A stretch of DNA of 64,000 nt, taken from an uncultured Gemmatimonadota bacterium. Its GTDB lineage: Bacteria > GCA-2686955. The notes below the pieces were generated by a model. That model did no database searches. It was not told the DNA's origin and saw only the letters and a list, made by a program, of their open reading frames with translations. Of this stretch, positions 22,530 through 34,100 are shown in pieces (within the stretch, counting starts at the first letter, position 1; every line of letters begins with the position of its first letter). A program made the position numbers and the translations under genes. The stretch spans positions 1-64,000 of the forward strand of contig CAZBBK010000027.1 in the NCBI GenBank assembly GCA_964490075.1. The letters are read 5' to 3'.

Positions 22530-23035
22530 GGGGGGTGACGCGCGCCGAAGCGTTGGTATTCGGCGACGACGTCAACACCGATCTGTTGCACCCTTCGTAC
22601 TTCTACTCGCTGGATGGCGAAGTGGTGCGTTCGGGTTTCCTGCGGGCGGTGCCGGGGCGCGAGAGCGGGCCCGAGGAAGCGGCCACGCCACGGATCCTGG
22701 TGGCGGGGCGCAACTTCGGCTGCGGATCGTCGCGCGAGACGACGATTCAGGCGCTGAAGATGGGGGGCGTGGACGCGGTGGTGGCGGCCTCGTTCGGGCG
22801 CATCTTCTATCGCAACGCGTTGTCGTCGGGGCTGCCGGCGCTGTGCTGCGAACGCGCCGCGGAGAAGACGGAGAGCGGCGACCTGCTCACCCTCGATCTC
22901 GACCAACTGGTGGTGCGCAACGAGACCCGTTCGACCGAGACGGCCCTGGAGCCGCCCGACCCCTTCTGGCGCCAGGTGCTGGCTGCCGGCGGATTGATCC
23001 CCTTCCTGCGGGAGCGCGGAGAGCTCGAGGGATGA
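22526..23035 (+). CDS. leuD: 3-isopropylmalate dehydratase/homoaconitase family small subunit
   Basis: DDVNTD, GRNFGCGSSRE, SFGRIFYRN, GGLI; ATGA overlap. Symbol denotes family only. Confidence 0.9.
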   Translation: MRGVTRAEALVFGDDVNTDLLHPSYFYSLDGEVVRSGFLRAVPGRESGPEEAATPRILVAGRNFGCGSSRETTIQALKMGGVDAVVAASFGRIFYRNALSSGLPALCCERAAEKTESGDLLTLDLDQLVVRNETRSTETALEPPDPFWRQVLAAGGLIPFLRERGELEG

Positions 23036-24312
23036 AGCGCTACAGTCCGCTCCCGGCCGCGGCGGCGGCACCCTACGACGTCGACGTGGCGGTCGTCGGC
23101 GGCGGTCCGGCCGGAATGAGCGCGGCGATTCGCGTGCGTTGGACCAAGAGCTACCGCTCGGTGCCCTGCTCGGTGGCGGTGTTCGAGAGCGGGCGCCTGG
23201 GCGGTCTGGCGACCTGGCGCTCCTGCGCCCTGACCGGTCCCGGGTTCAAGTTCCGGGGCGACGGGTTGCTGCATCACCTGCTCGGGGATTTCGAGCGCTT
23301 CCATATTCCGGTGGTGAGGGAAGGGGCGGTGGCGCTGCGGCCGGGGTCGGACCATTTTGTCGTCAGCGGCGATGCAGGGACGGAGATCCGCGCCCTGAGC
23401 GTAATTGTCGCGACAGGGTTTCGCGCGCTCGCCAACGAGGCGGAGTTCATCGGGCGCGGTGTCTTCATCACCTACCTGGGCTACGAGCACTTCTCCGAGA
23501 TCTTCGAATCCGCGACCGCTGCCGCCGCCGGCCGCGGCCTGGTCATCGCCGGCAACGCCAAGTCGCGCCACCTGGCGGAGCTGGCGCGGAGTCGCGAAGA
23601 GCGTGCCGGCGGCATCACCTGGCTGATCGACGAAGGGGCCGGGGCGGCGCCCGAGCTGCCGGGAAGACAGCTTCGGGGGCGGGTCGTGAGGCTGCTCGGA
23701 GAGCGAGAAGATGAGGGCGAGTCGATCCTGCGCCGTCTGCGCATCCAGAACCCGGAGGGGGAGCGCTCGACCATCGATTGCGGCGCCCTGCTGCTCGATT
23801 ACAACGCCTTCGAGCTGGCGCCCTCGTTCGGTTGCGACCGGCTGGACCTGCGGCGCGACGAACGCGGCTTCGTCGCCGTCGATCGCCACTGCGCCACCAG
23901 TGTGCCGGGCGTCTTCGCCGCCGGCGACATCACGGGCCACTACGCCTCGACCGCCATGGCGCTGGGCGACGGCGTCAACGCCGGCTTTGGCGCCTACCGG
24001 TATGTGTTCCGCCGCAAATTCGGCCGCGAGCCGGAGCTCTTCGCCTATGCCCCGAGCGATCGGCCGATCGTGGAGGGCGAGCGCGACCTGCCGCCGATCA
24101 CCCCGGACATGATTCCGATCGCTTTGGCGCCTCCGGCGCAGGCCCACGAACGATCGGCGGTCCCCGAGGAGCTCGTCGCGTCTTTCGACGGGGCTCGATC
24201 GATCGACGAAGTCTGCCGGAGGGCGGGGATCGACGTTTCGCAAGGGTGTCGCTGGGTCGAGGGACTGATCGAGCGGAAGCTGGGGACGGTGCACAGGGTG
24301 GGTGGTGATTGA
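23032..24312 (+). CDS. Thioredoxin-reductase-fold FAD oxidoreductase lacking CxxC, with C-terminal winged-helix-like tail
   Basis: VVGGGPAG, IVATG, TSVPGVFAAGD; ATGA overlap; tail SFDGARSIDEV..LIERKL. Confidence 0.85.
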   Translation: MKRYSPLPAAAAAPYDVDVAVVGGGPAGMSAAIRVRWTKSYRSVPCSVAVFESGRLGGLATWRSCALTGPGFKFRGDGLLHHLLGDFERFHIPVVREGAVALRPGSDHFVVSGDAGTEIRALSVIVATGFRALANEAEFIGRGVFITYLGYEHFSEIFESATAAAAGRGLVIAGNAKSRHLAELARSREERAGGITWLIDEGAGAAPELPGRQLRGRVVRLLGEREDEGESILRRLRIQNPEGERSTIDCGALLLDYNAFELAPSFGCDRLDLRRDERGFVAVDRHCATSVPGVFAAGDITGHYASTAMALGDGVNAGFGAYRYVFRRKFGREPELFAYAPSDRPIVEGERDLPPITPDMIPIALAPPAQAHERSAVPEELVASFDGARSIDEVCRRAGIDVSQGCRWVEGLIERKLGTVHRVGGD

Positions 24313-24316
24313 GGGC

Positions 24317-25981
24317 TCAGGGCTCGGGCCCCCGCGCCACTGGCTGCCCCGGCGACCAGGCCACCAGCATCTCGATCTCCTCGATGTCCGACCCCTGGCT
24401 GACGCGCAAGAGATAGCGACCCGGCGCCAGCGTGGGCGGAACCGCCACCGTGACCTCGTCGTGCCAGGAGCCTCGGGGCGGGAAGTGGATCGGCCGGCGC
24501 CACTCGGCAACCGGCTCGCCAGCTGAATCGACGAGAACGATCAGCAGCTCGGGATCACGCGGCTGGTCAGCGAGATTCGCCACCAGCACTCGAAACACCG
24601 CCTCGCCTCCGGCGATCGCCCGCGTCGAATGTGGCACGACGTAGAGCAGATCGAAATCGCTCTGATCGAAAGGGATGGGACCGATATCGCGGCGCGTGCC
24701 GTCGGCGTCGAGCGAATCGATGCCGGCCGGGGGATCGGGATCGCCCGCGTCGATGCAGGGGGAGCCGGGTCGGAGACGATAATCGCCGAGATCGGGAGCG
24801 AAGAAGAGGGGATCGCCGCGAACCTCGAGCTGGACGTCGAAGGGGGCACCACCATAATCGCCATCGGGGTTCGCGTGGACCAGGTTGGCCACGATCGACT
24901 GGTTCGGGTAGAGCTGCACGATCGCCGGGCCGCCGCTGTTGTTGGTGAAGATGTTGGAGCCGACATAGCTGCCGGGACCCTGGATGTCGAGTGCGGAGCC
25001 CGACTTGTAGCCGTCGTTGGCCCACTCCACGGTGTTGCCGATGAAGAGGTTGTGGGTGACGATGGCGTCGTCCTGGAACTCGACCTGGAGCCCGCCGCCG
25101 GCACCGGAGAGGCCGGCTGAGTACATGGCGCGTGCGTGGTTTTCGATGAAGAGGTTGTCTTGGACCAGGTTTGGCTCCCGAATATCCGGCGTTACCGTCC
25201 CGCCTCCTTCCTTCGCTTCGTTGCCCTCGAAGACATTGCCGATCAGATCGAACTCTTGGCTCCTCGGTCCCCCCATGCTCAGGCCACCGCCCTTGGTGGC
25301 ACCGTGCTCCTCCTGGATACCGTTTTGCAGGAACACGCTTCCTTCTATGATCCCTGTGTCGCTGGCGTACGCGTTGGCGCCCGCACCGTACCAGTCGGCC
25401 CGGGTCAGTGTGTTGTTGGCGAACCAACTCCGACGCAACTCCAGGAATGCATATGCCGTGAGAATTGCGCCGCCACCGCTGAGATCCCCCTCGTTGCTCC
25501 AGCTCGAGTAGCCATTTACTCGCAAAGTGTCGCCACCTAGCTGGAGTGCGGTGCTCAAGCCGTCGTTCGCACTGTCGAAGTCATGGACCCAGCAGTCCGT
25601 GATCTCTACTTGGCTTCCATCCGCGCAGACCAATACCTGCACGCCCCTCGCCATCGGATCGGCTCGGGCTGCCTCCCCGGAGAAATCGATCCCTTCAAGC
25701 CGAACTCGCTGGCCACAGGCGTGAATGTGGAATAACCACGTTTCCGGATCGCTCCCGCGCCAGCGCGTCGCCGCCGGTCCCCCCTGACCGACGATACTCA
25801 GACCGCGCTCCGCCACGACATGCTCGCGGTATTCCCACGGAAGCAGTAAAACGGTATCGCCTTCGGCCGCCTGATCGACCGCATCCTGGATCTTCTCGAG
25901 CGGCTGTCCCGGACCCACCACCAGGGTGGCGGCGTGCGCCGACGCCGCCACCCAGAGTACCAGGCACGCGGCCGCGATCAC
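24317..25981 (-). CDS. Beta-helix secreted protein with C-terminal Ig-like domain
   Basis: Signal peptide, IQDAVD head, FxxN/GGG repeats, SPCIDAGDP..DIG, then PPTLAPGRY; GTGA overlap with upstream ORF. Confidence 0.85.
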   Translation of the reverse strand: MIAAACLVLWVAASAHAATLVVGPGQPLEKIQDAVDQAAEGDTVLLLPWEYREHVVAERGLSIVGQGGPAATRWRGSDPETWLFHIHACGQRVRLEGIDFSGEAARADPMARGVQVLVCADGSQVEITDCWVHDFDSANDGLSTALQLGGDTLRVNGYSSWSNEGDLSGGGAILTAYAFLELRRSWFANNTLTRADWYGAGANAYASDTGIIEGSVFLQNGIQEEHGATKGGGLSMGGPRSQEFDLIGNVFEGNEAKEGGGTVTPDIREPNLVQDNLFIENHARAMYSAGLSGAGGGLQVEFQDDAIVTHNLFIGNTVEWANDGYKSGSALDIQGPGSYVGSNIFTNNSGGPAIVQLYPNQSIVANLVHANPDGDYGGAPFDVQLEVRGDPLFFAPDLGDYRLRPGSPCIDAGDPDPPAGIDSLDADGTRRDIGPIPFDQSDFDLLYVVPHSTRAIAGGEAVFRVLVANLADQPRDPELLIVLVDSAGEPVAEWRRPIHFPPRGSWHDEVTVAVPPTLAPGRYLLRVSQGSDIEEIEMLVAWSPGQPVARGPEP

Positions 25982-26942
25982 TGCGGTGCGCCCTGGTTCA
26001 GGACCATCGTTCCGGAGGCCGCCGCATCGGGCCAGAAGGTCTCGCCGGTGATCGCGGTTTGTACGTCGGCGTTGGTCTGGCTCATCTCCAGCAGGAGCTT
26101 CTCGTAGGGCTTCAGGTAGGGGCGAACGGCGTTATGAAACTTGGTGTCGACCAATCCCCAGGTTTGGGAGAAGTTGGCATTCTCCGGGCCACCTGCTTCT
26201 AGGTTGGAGTCGAACGAGATATCCCAAAACCGATACCAGTTGTACCCAGTGACGATCCGATGCTTGTTCGGCTCGTTGCCATATGCCTTGGTGTTCATCA
26301 CCACGTTCACGTACCTGCGGAACTTGTCCGCGCGAGGCTGGAAGTGCCCCTCTTCGGGATAGTGCCATTGCTCCTGTTGGGTACAGATCCCAAGCAGGCC
26401 GATGCAGTCCGAGACGCCCGAATCCCAGCAACAGTCCCACGCCCGTTTGTTGTCCGCGTGATAGGTGAATTCGCTCATGATGATCGGGCGTGGATAGGCG
26501 AACGCGTTGTAGGCATTCTCGAGTTTGCCTGGAATGTCGTCCGGTGACGGCGAATAGTAGGTGATCGATATCACGTCGACGTATTCGGAGGCGATGCTGG
26601 GGATCTGCGGATATAGCACGTCGGCCGCGCTGAGAAACCGGTCGCTGATGATCATGTGAGCGTTCATGGATTTGCCGTCGAGCAAAACGACTCGGTCCTC
26701 AGAGATGATCTTGTCCCTGAAATCCGACATACGTCAGAAGCATGCGCGAAGTCGTTCATCTGGATCTTGTCGATCGCGGTGGGAGCGAAAGGCCTCCCCG
26801 CGGGGTCGTACCAGAGCCAGTCCTTGGTGGCCACGTCCTGCTCGACGAAGTAGAACCCCGTCGGCGTGCCCGGGTAGTCGGGGTAGCCGGCTGCGCCCGC
26901 TTTAGCGTACAGAGTCAGAGAGAGAGAATCATCCCTCGGCAA
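25978..26942 (-). pseudogene. Internally deleted GH50 (beta-agarase)-like glycoside hydrolase remnant
   Basis: Fragment 1 TGFYFVEQ..WLWYDPAGRPF resembles the GH50 TGFF..WWLVDPEG motif. Fragment 2 has DVIS, IIMSEF, GYNWY..D..EN..GLVD..PY. Different frames, middle missing. Confidence 0.6.
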
Positions 26943-27104
26943 GAATCTTGCTTGCTCAGGGCAATTGTTCCTCGATTGTGCGTGTTTGCCGTGCCTCGGT
27001 CGGCAATGTTCCGGACCGTTTCGGCACTGTCAACCGTTCTTTGGGCAAGGCGCGACCTCTCCTGCTTTACCCTGCCCCCCCTACCCGCTACCACCCCACC
27101 ACGC

Positions 27105-27110
27105 TACAGT
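27105..27110 (+). promoter_or_regulatory. -10 box TACAGT 6 nt before ATG (leaderless)
   Basis: TACAGT-CCCCCG-ATG; no SD. Confidence 0.5.
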
Positions 27111-27116
27111 CCCCCG

Positions 27117-27527
27117 ATGGACCCCTTGCTGCGAAGCGACCTGAGAGAGCTGATGGCCGAGCATCAGATCGGCGTGCTCGCGCTCTTCGGCTCGCGCGCC
27201 ACCGATTCGGCCGGTGCTCGGAGCGATGTCGATCTCGCGGCGCTGCGCGCTGATCGGCGGCGGATGTCTCACCGGCAGCTCGCAGATCTGCGTCTCGCCC
27301 TCGCCGACCGCAGCCGGGCCCCGGTCGATCTGGTCGATCTGGCGAGCGCCGACACCTTGCTGCGCTTCGATATCGTCTCCCATGGCCGTCTGCTGGGCTC
27401 TACCGATCGGTCGCTGTGGATCGAGTTCGTCGCCCGCACCCTGATCGATCACGACGAGATCGCCCCCTTCATCGACGATCTCGTCGCCGGCGTGGGTCGC
27501 GTGGCACGCAAGCGAGCCGCCCCATGA
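27117..27527 (+). CDS. mntA: Minimal nucleotidyltransferase antitoxin (MntA-like, type VII TA)
   Basis: LFGSRA..SDVDLA (GSx10DxD), VDLVDL; 136 aa. Confidence 0.85.
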   Translation: MDPLLRSDLRELMAEHQIGVLALFGSRATDSAGARSDVDLAALRADRRRMSHRQLADLRLALADRSRAPVDLVDLASADTLLRFDIVSHGRLLGSTDRSLWIEFVARTLIDHDEIAPFIDDLVAGVGRVARKRAAP

Positions 27528-27940
27528 GTCCCGCCGTCATCGCCCGCAAAATCGCCGAAATCGGCAAGCGGGTCGATCGGGTGCGCGCGCTGCTTCCAAC
27601 CTCGGCGCGGGTCTTTCGGCGCCAACAGACCGAGGCCGAGGCACTGATCCTTAATCTCTATCTGGCGCTGCAGGGCGCGGCCGATCTGGCGATGCACGTG
27701 GTCGCGACCCGTGGCCTGGGCGTTCCAGGAGAAGCAAGGGACGCCTACCAGCTCCTGGGAGATGCGGGGATTATCGACGCCCCCTTGGCCGAGCGCCTCG
27801 CGGCCTCGGTGGGCCTGCGCAACCGCATCGCGCACGAGTACGGCAAGCTCGATCTCGATCTCGTCTACCAGGCGGCGCTCGACGACTTGCACGACCTGGA
27901 GATTCTGAACGCGGCCGTAGCGACGGCCTTCGATCTCTGA
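27524..27940 (+). CDS. hepT: HEPN RNase toxin (DUF86/HepT-like)
   Basis: RNRIAHEY (Rx4HxY); ATGA overlap with MNT. Confidence 0.9.
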   Translation: MSPAVIARKIAEIGKRVDRVRALLPTSARVFRRQQTEAEALILNLYLALQGAADLAMHVVATRGLGVPGEARDAYQLLGDAGIIDAPLAERLAASVGLRNRIAHEYGKLDLDLVYQAALDDLHDLEILNAAVATAFDL

Positions 27941-27978
27941 GCGAGCACCACGATTCGCCACCCAATACACGCTTGGTC

Positions 27979-29066
<1,088 letters not shown>

Positions 29067-29070
<4 letters not shown>

Positions 29071-30494
29071 CGCGCGGCTGGTGGCTGCCGGCCGAGCTTC
29101 GGAACCTGGTGGACGATGTGGTGCCGCGGCGCTACCGCACACCGGAGCACGGCGACTTCGAGGTCGAGATGCCGCGCCTGACGCCGGTCGCGGTGGCCGA
29201 GGTCGCGGCTCGGTTACGGATGCGCGCGGAGCGCGTGCTGCGACGACGCCCGGTCAAGGAGATCGTGGAGCTGCTCGACCGCGCGGCCGCGCAGTGGCTC
29301 GACCCGGACTCCCCGCGCCGCGCCGCCGCCCTCGACGCGATCCCGAGAATCACCGGCTACTCGCGGCCGATGGTGGCCCACGCCATCGACCTGGAGCAGC
29401 GCTCGTCGCGCGCCGAGCACCTGCGGGCCTGCCTGCGCTCGGAGATCGGCGATCCGGCGCTGCTCGACGAATTCCACGCGTCGCCGCAACTGGCGCCGGG
29501 GGGGATGTGCCGCGCTCTCGGGCCGGGGTTGGTCGGCGGCGTGTTCAGCGCCAACATTCCCGCCCTGCCGCACCTGACGGTGATGCGTGCGCTCTTGGTC
29601 AAGGCGGCCTGCCTGGGACGGTCCTCGGCCGGAGAGCCGGCCTTCCTGCCGCTCTACCTCGAGGGATTGGCGGAGCTCGACGAGGAGCTGGCGTCGGCCC
29701 TCGGGGTGCTCTGGTGGGAGCGCGATGACGCGCGTCATTGGACCGCCTTCCTGGAGAGGATCGAGTTCCTGGTGGCCTACGGCGGGGCCGACGCGGAACG
29801 CGATCTTCGGGACCGGGCGCCGGCCGGACTGCCGCTCCTCTATCACGGCCACCGGCTGGGACTGTCGATCGTGGAGGCTCCCCGCGACGCCGCGGCGCGC
29901 CGCGATCTGGCAGCGCGCCTGGCCTACGACGCGACGGTCTTCGACCAGCACGCTTGCCTGTCGCCGCAGCTGGTGCTGGCGCTGGGCGACTTCGAGCGCG
30001 CGGCCGAGCTGGGCGGCGACGTGGCGCGCGAGATGGAGCGACTGCGGGGCAAGCTGCCGCCGCGGATCCTGGAGCCGGCCGCGGCGGCGAGATTGGCGCA
30101 GCTCCGCGGCGTGGCGGAGATCGCCGAGGCGCTGGGGGAAGCGGTGCGTCTGATCGTTCCGGAGGACGGCGGCGGCGCCTGGACGGTGCTGGTCGAGGCC
30201 GCCGAGGGCCTGCCGCCCTCGCCCCTCGACCGCTTCCTGCGCATCGTTCCCGAGGCTTCGGCCGACGCCGCGCTGGACCGCCTGCGGCCCTACCGCGGGC
30301 TGCTGCAGAACATCGCGGTGGAGGTCGCCTCCGACCAGGTCACGGTCCTGCAGGAGGCCTTGGCCCAGCTCGGCGCCAGCCGCATCTGCCCGCCCGGACA
30401 GATGGCGACGCCTTCGATGATGTGGCACCACGACGGCCAGGGGTGCGTGGGGACGATGGTGCGCTGGTGCGACTTCGAGGTGCAAAAACCATAG
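29067..30494 (+). CDS. LuxC-like acyl-CoA reductase
   Basis: FSANIP, AYGG, DQHACLSPQ catalytic Cys, RICPPGQM, WHHDG; ATGA overlap. Confidence 0.85.
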
Positions 30495-30735
30495 GCGCAC
30501 CCCCTTCCCGCCCGTCAATCTCCCCGCTATCCTCACCAAGCCCAAATCGGGGCAGATAATCGGCACGAATGGGATTCTCGTGTAATCCGACCGAGCGAAG
30601 GCGCATGCGGAGACGAGGCGGCGCCAAGCCCGCCGACGATAGGATGATGCGCGCTTCGCGACCGGAGTTAGGGGATCCCGCTCGCGCCGCCCACCCAAGC
30701 GCGCCGCTGGTGCGCAACGTGAAGGGACTCTAGAG

Positions 30736-31131
30736 ATGGCCAACTCCGATTGGACTCTCGACGTCATCGCCGTCAACAACTTCCAGGCCAAGACCAAGAT
30801 TCAGGAGCCGGTCGAGGTGGCGGCGGGAGGGACCGTGAATCTGCTCGGCAGTCTGGAGCGGGTGGCCGGCCAGCCGCCGATCGATCCGCCCTACGACGTC
30901 AAGCTCAAGACCGACTTCGAGCGCACCGACTCGGGCTACAGCGAGACGCGCACCGGCGACGGCCCGAACACCTACGGGGTCGACGCCGATCCCTACGAGA
31001 TCCAACACCCTCAGGGGATCGACTCCGACATGCCGGACGGCTCCAACTGGAACATCCGCATCTGGTTGAAGGATGGGGACGATCCGTGGGTGGTCAAGAG
31101 GACCGTCGCCATCTCGATCCCGAACGACTGA
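30736..31131 (+). CDS. Hypothetical beta-rich acidic protein
   Basis: 131-aa ORF with strong GC3 bias and protein-like composition; no family recognised. Confidence 0.7.
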   Translation: MANSDWTLDVIAVNNFQAKTKIQEPVEVAAGGTVNLLGSLERVAGQPPIDPPYDVKLKTDFERTDSGYSETRTGDGPNTYGVDADPYEIQHPQGIDSDMPDGSNWNIRIWLKDGDDPWVVKRTVAISIPND

Positions 31132-31150
31132 CTTGGAGCAGGTGATCGCG

Positions 31151-34100
31151 ATGCGTTCCCCCCGCCGCGACGCTGCCGCCAAAGAGACCCATCCGGTATA
31201 TCCCCGATTCTCGGCGAAGGCGCCCATTCCCCACTCCCGAGGGGTTTGGCAAGCTTTGGATGGAATCACTCGTCGCCCGGTCGTCATCAAGACGGCACGC
31301 GATGAGAGCGACCAGGCGCGGACCGACCTGCTGCGGGAGTACCGCGTGGCATGCGACGTGGGCGGGGGCGGTGTGGTGCGAGCGATCGACCTGCCGGAGG
31401 CGCTGCCGGCGTTGCCGGGCGGGCCTTTCCTGGTTCTGGAACAGGCGCCCGGCAACCCCTGGCCGCGCGGGCCGATCGAGAGCCCGCGCGCCGCCCGGCT
31501 CCTGATCGGCCTGCTCGATGCGCTGATCAGGATGCACGAGCACGGCTGGCTGCATCTGGACCTGACTCCCGCCAATATCCTGGTCGACGGCGACGAGGTC
31601 ACGCTGATCGACCTGGGCCACGCCCGGCGCCCGGCCGCCGCGGCCGCCCTGTGCTTCGTGCACGGCACCCGCGGGCACATCGCGCCGGAGATCTCTCGCC
31701 AGATCGATGGCGCGTCGGTGGCCGGCGACCGCATCGCCGCGACCGCCGATCTCTACCAGGTCGGGTTGCTCGCCGTGCGGCTCTTGAGCGGTGAGGAGCC
31801 GCCCGCCGTGGAGCAGCCACCACCATCCTGGTGGCGGGAGGGCGTGGAAAGGGTACTGGCGCAGCACCAGGGCGACGTTGAGCGCTGGTCATGGTGGATC
31901 GAATCGATGCTGGCCCCGCTGCCCATGCATCGTTACGACAGTGCGCGACTCGCGAGACTCCGACTTGGAAGCTGGCTTGGCCTGCGCGTCGGAGCAGAGC
32001 CGAGAGGCGATCCTTCCATCGGCTCTTCGATGCACCCGACCTTCCCCCGTCTCCTGCGGACCACTTCTCGCGGTTGTCGCTCTGGCAGACATCTGATCCG
32101 GCTCAACGGGCCCCCTGGCAGTGGCCAAAGCTGGCTTCTGCACCGACTGGCACGAGCGCTGCGATGTCGCCGCTCCGTAGCGTGCCGACTGGCTTGGACC
32201 AGCGCCGGGCACCAAGCCCCGCTCGGGGATACAGGCGACGATCGATCGCCCCTGGTGGTGCTGGCTGATGACCCGACCGAGGCGTGCTGGCGCGGCTTGC
32301 TAGCGCTCGACGATCTGCGATTTCCAGTCACCGTCGTCTTCACCGGCGGACCGGCACCCAGCCGATGCTGCGATCGAGAGTGGGAGCGAATCGAGCTGCC
32401 GATCGCACCCCTCGGACGCCGCGCGGGGTTGCGCATCGTACGCCCCGACCACCGGAGAGGCCTGCGCTCATCGCTCCACGGAGGACATCCCGGCCTGCTG
32501 CTGGCGCGCCACAGAGACGAGCGAGTGACACTCGCCGCCCGCGTGGCGGATTGGCTGGAAGCACGGGCCGACGATCGAGGCGCGCTGCGATCCACCGCAG
32601 CTCGCGCCATTCTCTCGCCGATGGCGCGGTGGCCTGAGCGGCGCCCCCCTGAAGCCGAGTGGCGGGCCATCGGCCGGCTCTCCGTCGATGTTGCCCGGGA
32701 ACTCGCCTCACGAATACCCCGTCGCGATCTCACGACGATCGAGGCGGCAGAGACGTGGCGCTCCAATGCCGCACTGGATCGCGGACGCGCAGCCGATCAT
32801 CTTGCGATCGAAGCCCATGCCGAGCTCGGCGATCCGTCGATCGCCAGGCGCAGGCTCTGGCGTGCGATCGCGAGACGTCGACGGGAGGGGGCGGAGATTG
32901 CGGAGAGGCACCTGATTCGACTCGGCGTCGACCTCGGCTTGCTGCCACGCGTTTGGGGCTTGCGCATGAGCCGTCTAGCCGAGGACCCCGCCGCCCCGCA
33001 AAGCTACCGCCCGGACGCGGAGCTGGCGCTCGACGCCCTCCCAGCCTGGTCCAGATCGGCCTCTCTGCTGCACGCACGGATCGCCAGAAGCATCACCAGC
33101 GCCGGCGATCGGCGAGAGGGGCGAGAGCGGGCACGGTTGTTATGCCGAATGGCGCGAAGCTGCGGCGATTCGGAGCGCGAAGCAATGGTACGCATCAAGA
33201 GCTGGCCGTGGACCATCACGACGGGCGGCGATCTGTCCCCCTATTGGGAAGAGCTGCGCGAAATCGAGGAGCTGGTGCCAGATGGCGAAAGCCCGATCGC
33301 GCGAACTTGGATTGCGATGGGGCACATCCTACTACGCATCCGCGAACTGTATTCGGCACACCATTCGGAGTCGGAGCCCAGAGAGCAGGAGATCCTGGAC
33401 CTCAGACGCCTGACTCTGGAAGCGCACAAGACCCACCGGACGGAGAGATCCGTCAAGAGCGCGGCGACCAGCGGTACGCTCTTGCTCGCCCTCCAGGTAC
33501 TGCTCGAAAGGCACTCTGACTCCGCCTTTATCACCCGCTTCCTGAGCCGCTTCGCACGCAGGCCCGCGGGGGTCGAGCCGGACGCGGCGTGTCTGATCAA
33601 CGAGCTGAATTGGAGTGACGGCCTGAATACTCGCAGCGTCGCAGAACTGGTGCGACGCAACGAGCCCCACGCACGGCGGCTCGAAGCGCTGCGACGATTC
33701 TCAGCGGCCGCGGATCTGAGCATCGCGCTCGGCTGTGCTGCGTTGAGCAACGGTCAATCCAAACGAGCCTTGGCCTATCTGGCGCGAGGCCTGGCCAGCG
33801 CGCCGCGCTCCAGTCACGAGCTCGCCTTCAACAACCAGATCATCGCCGCCGCCGACTGCGGCGAGCCGGTGATCGCCCGCGAGGCACACCGGCGCATGCA
33901 GTTGCTGCGGCCGGCTGGCACCGGCAACGAGACGACAAAATGGGAAGACCTCTGGGCGGAGCTGCTCTGCCTGAGCGCCGAGAAGCGACACTCAGAGCTG
34001 GACCAAAAGCTGGACGAAACCACCCGCCACCATTCCCTCATCCACCCCGATGACCAGTGGCTGATCTGGCGCCTGCGCATCGACTGCCGCCTCGCGGAGG

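Noticed and set aside
30590-30665. Riboswitch in the hairpin GCGAAGGCGCAT..ATGCGCGCTTCGC upstream of 30736
   Set aside because: A stem is possible, but I recognise no conserved riboswitch core, and GC-rich stems arise easily by chance.
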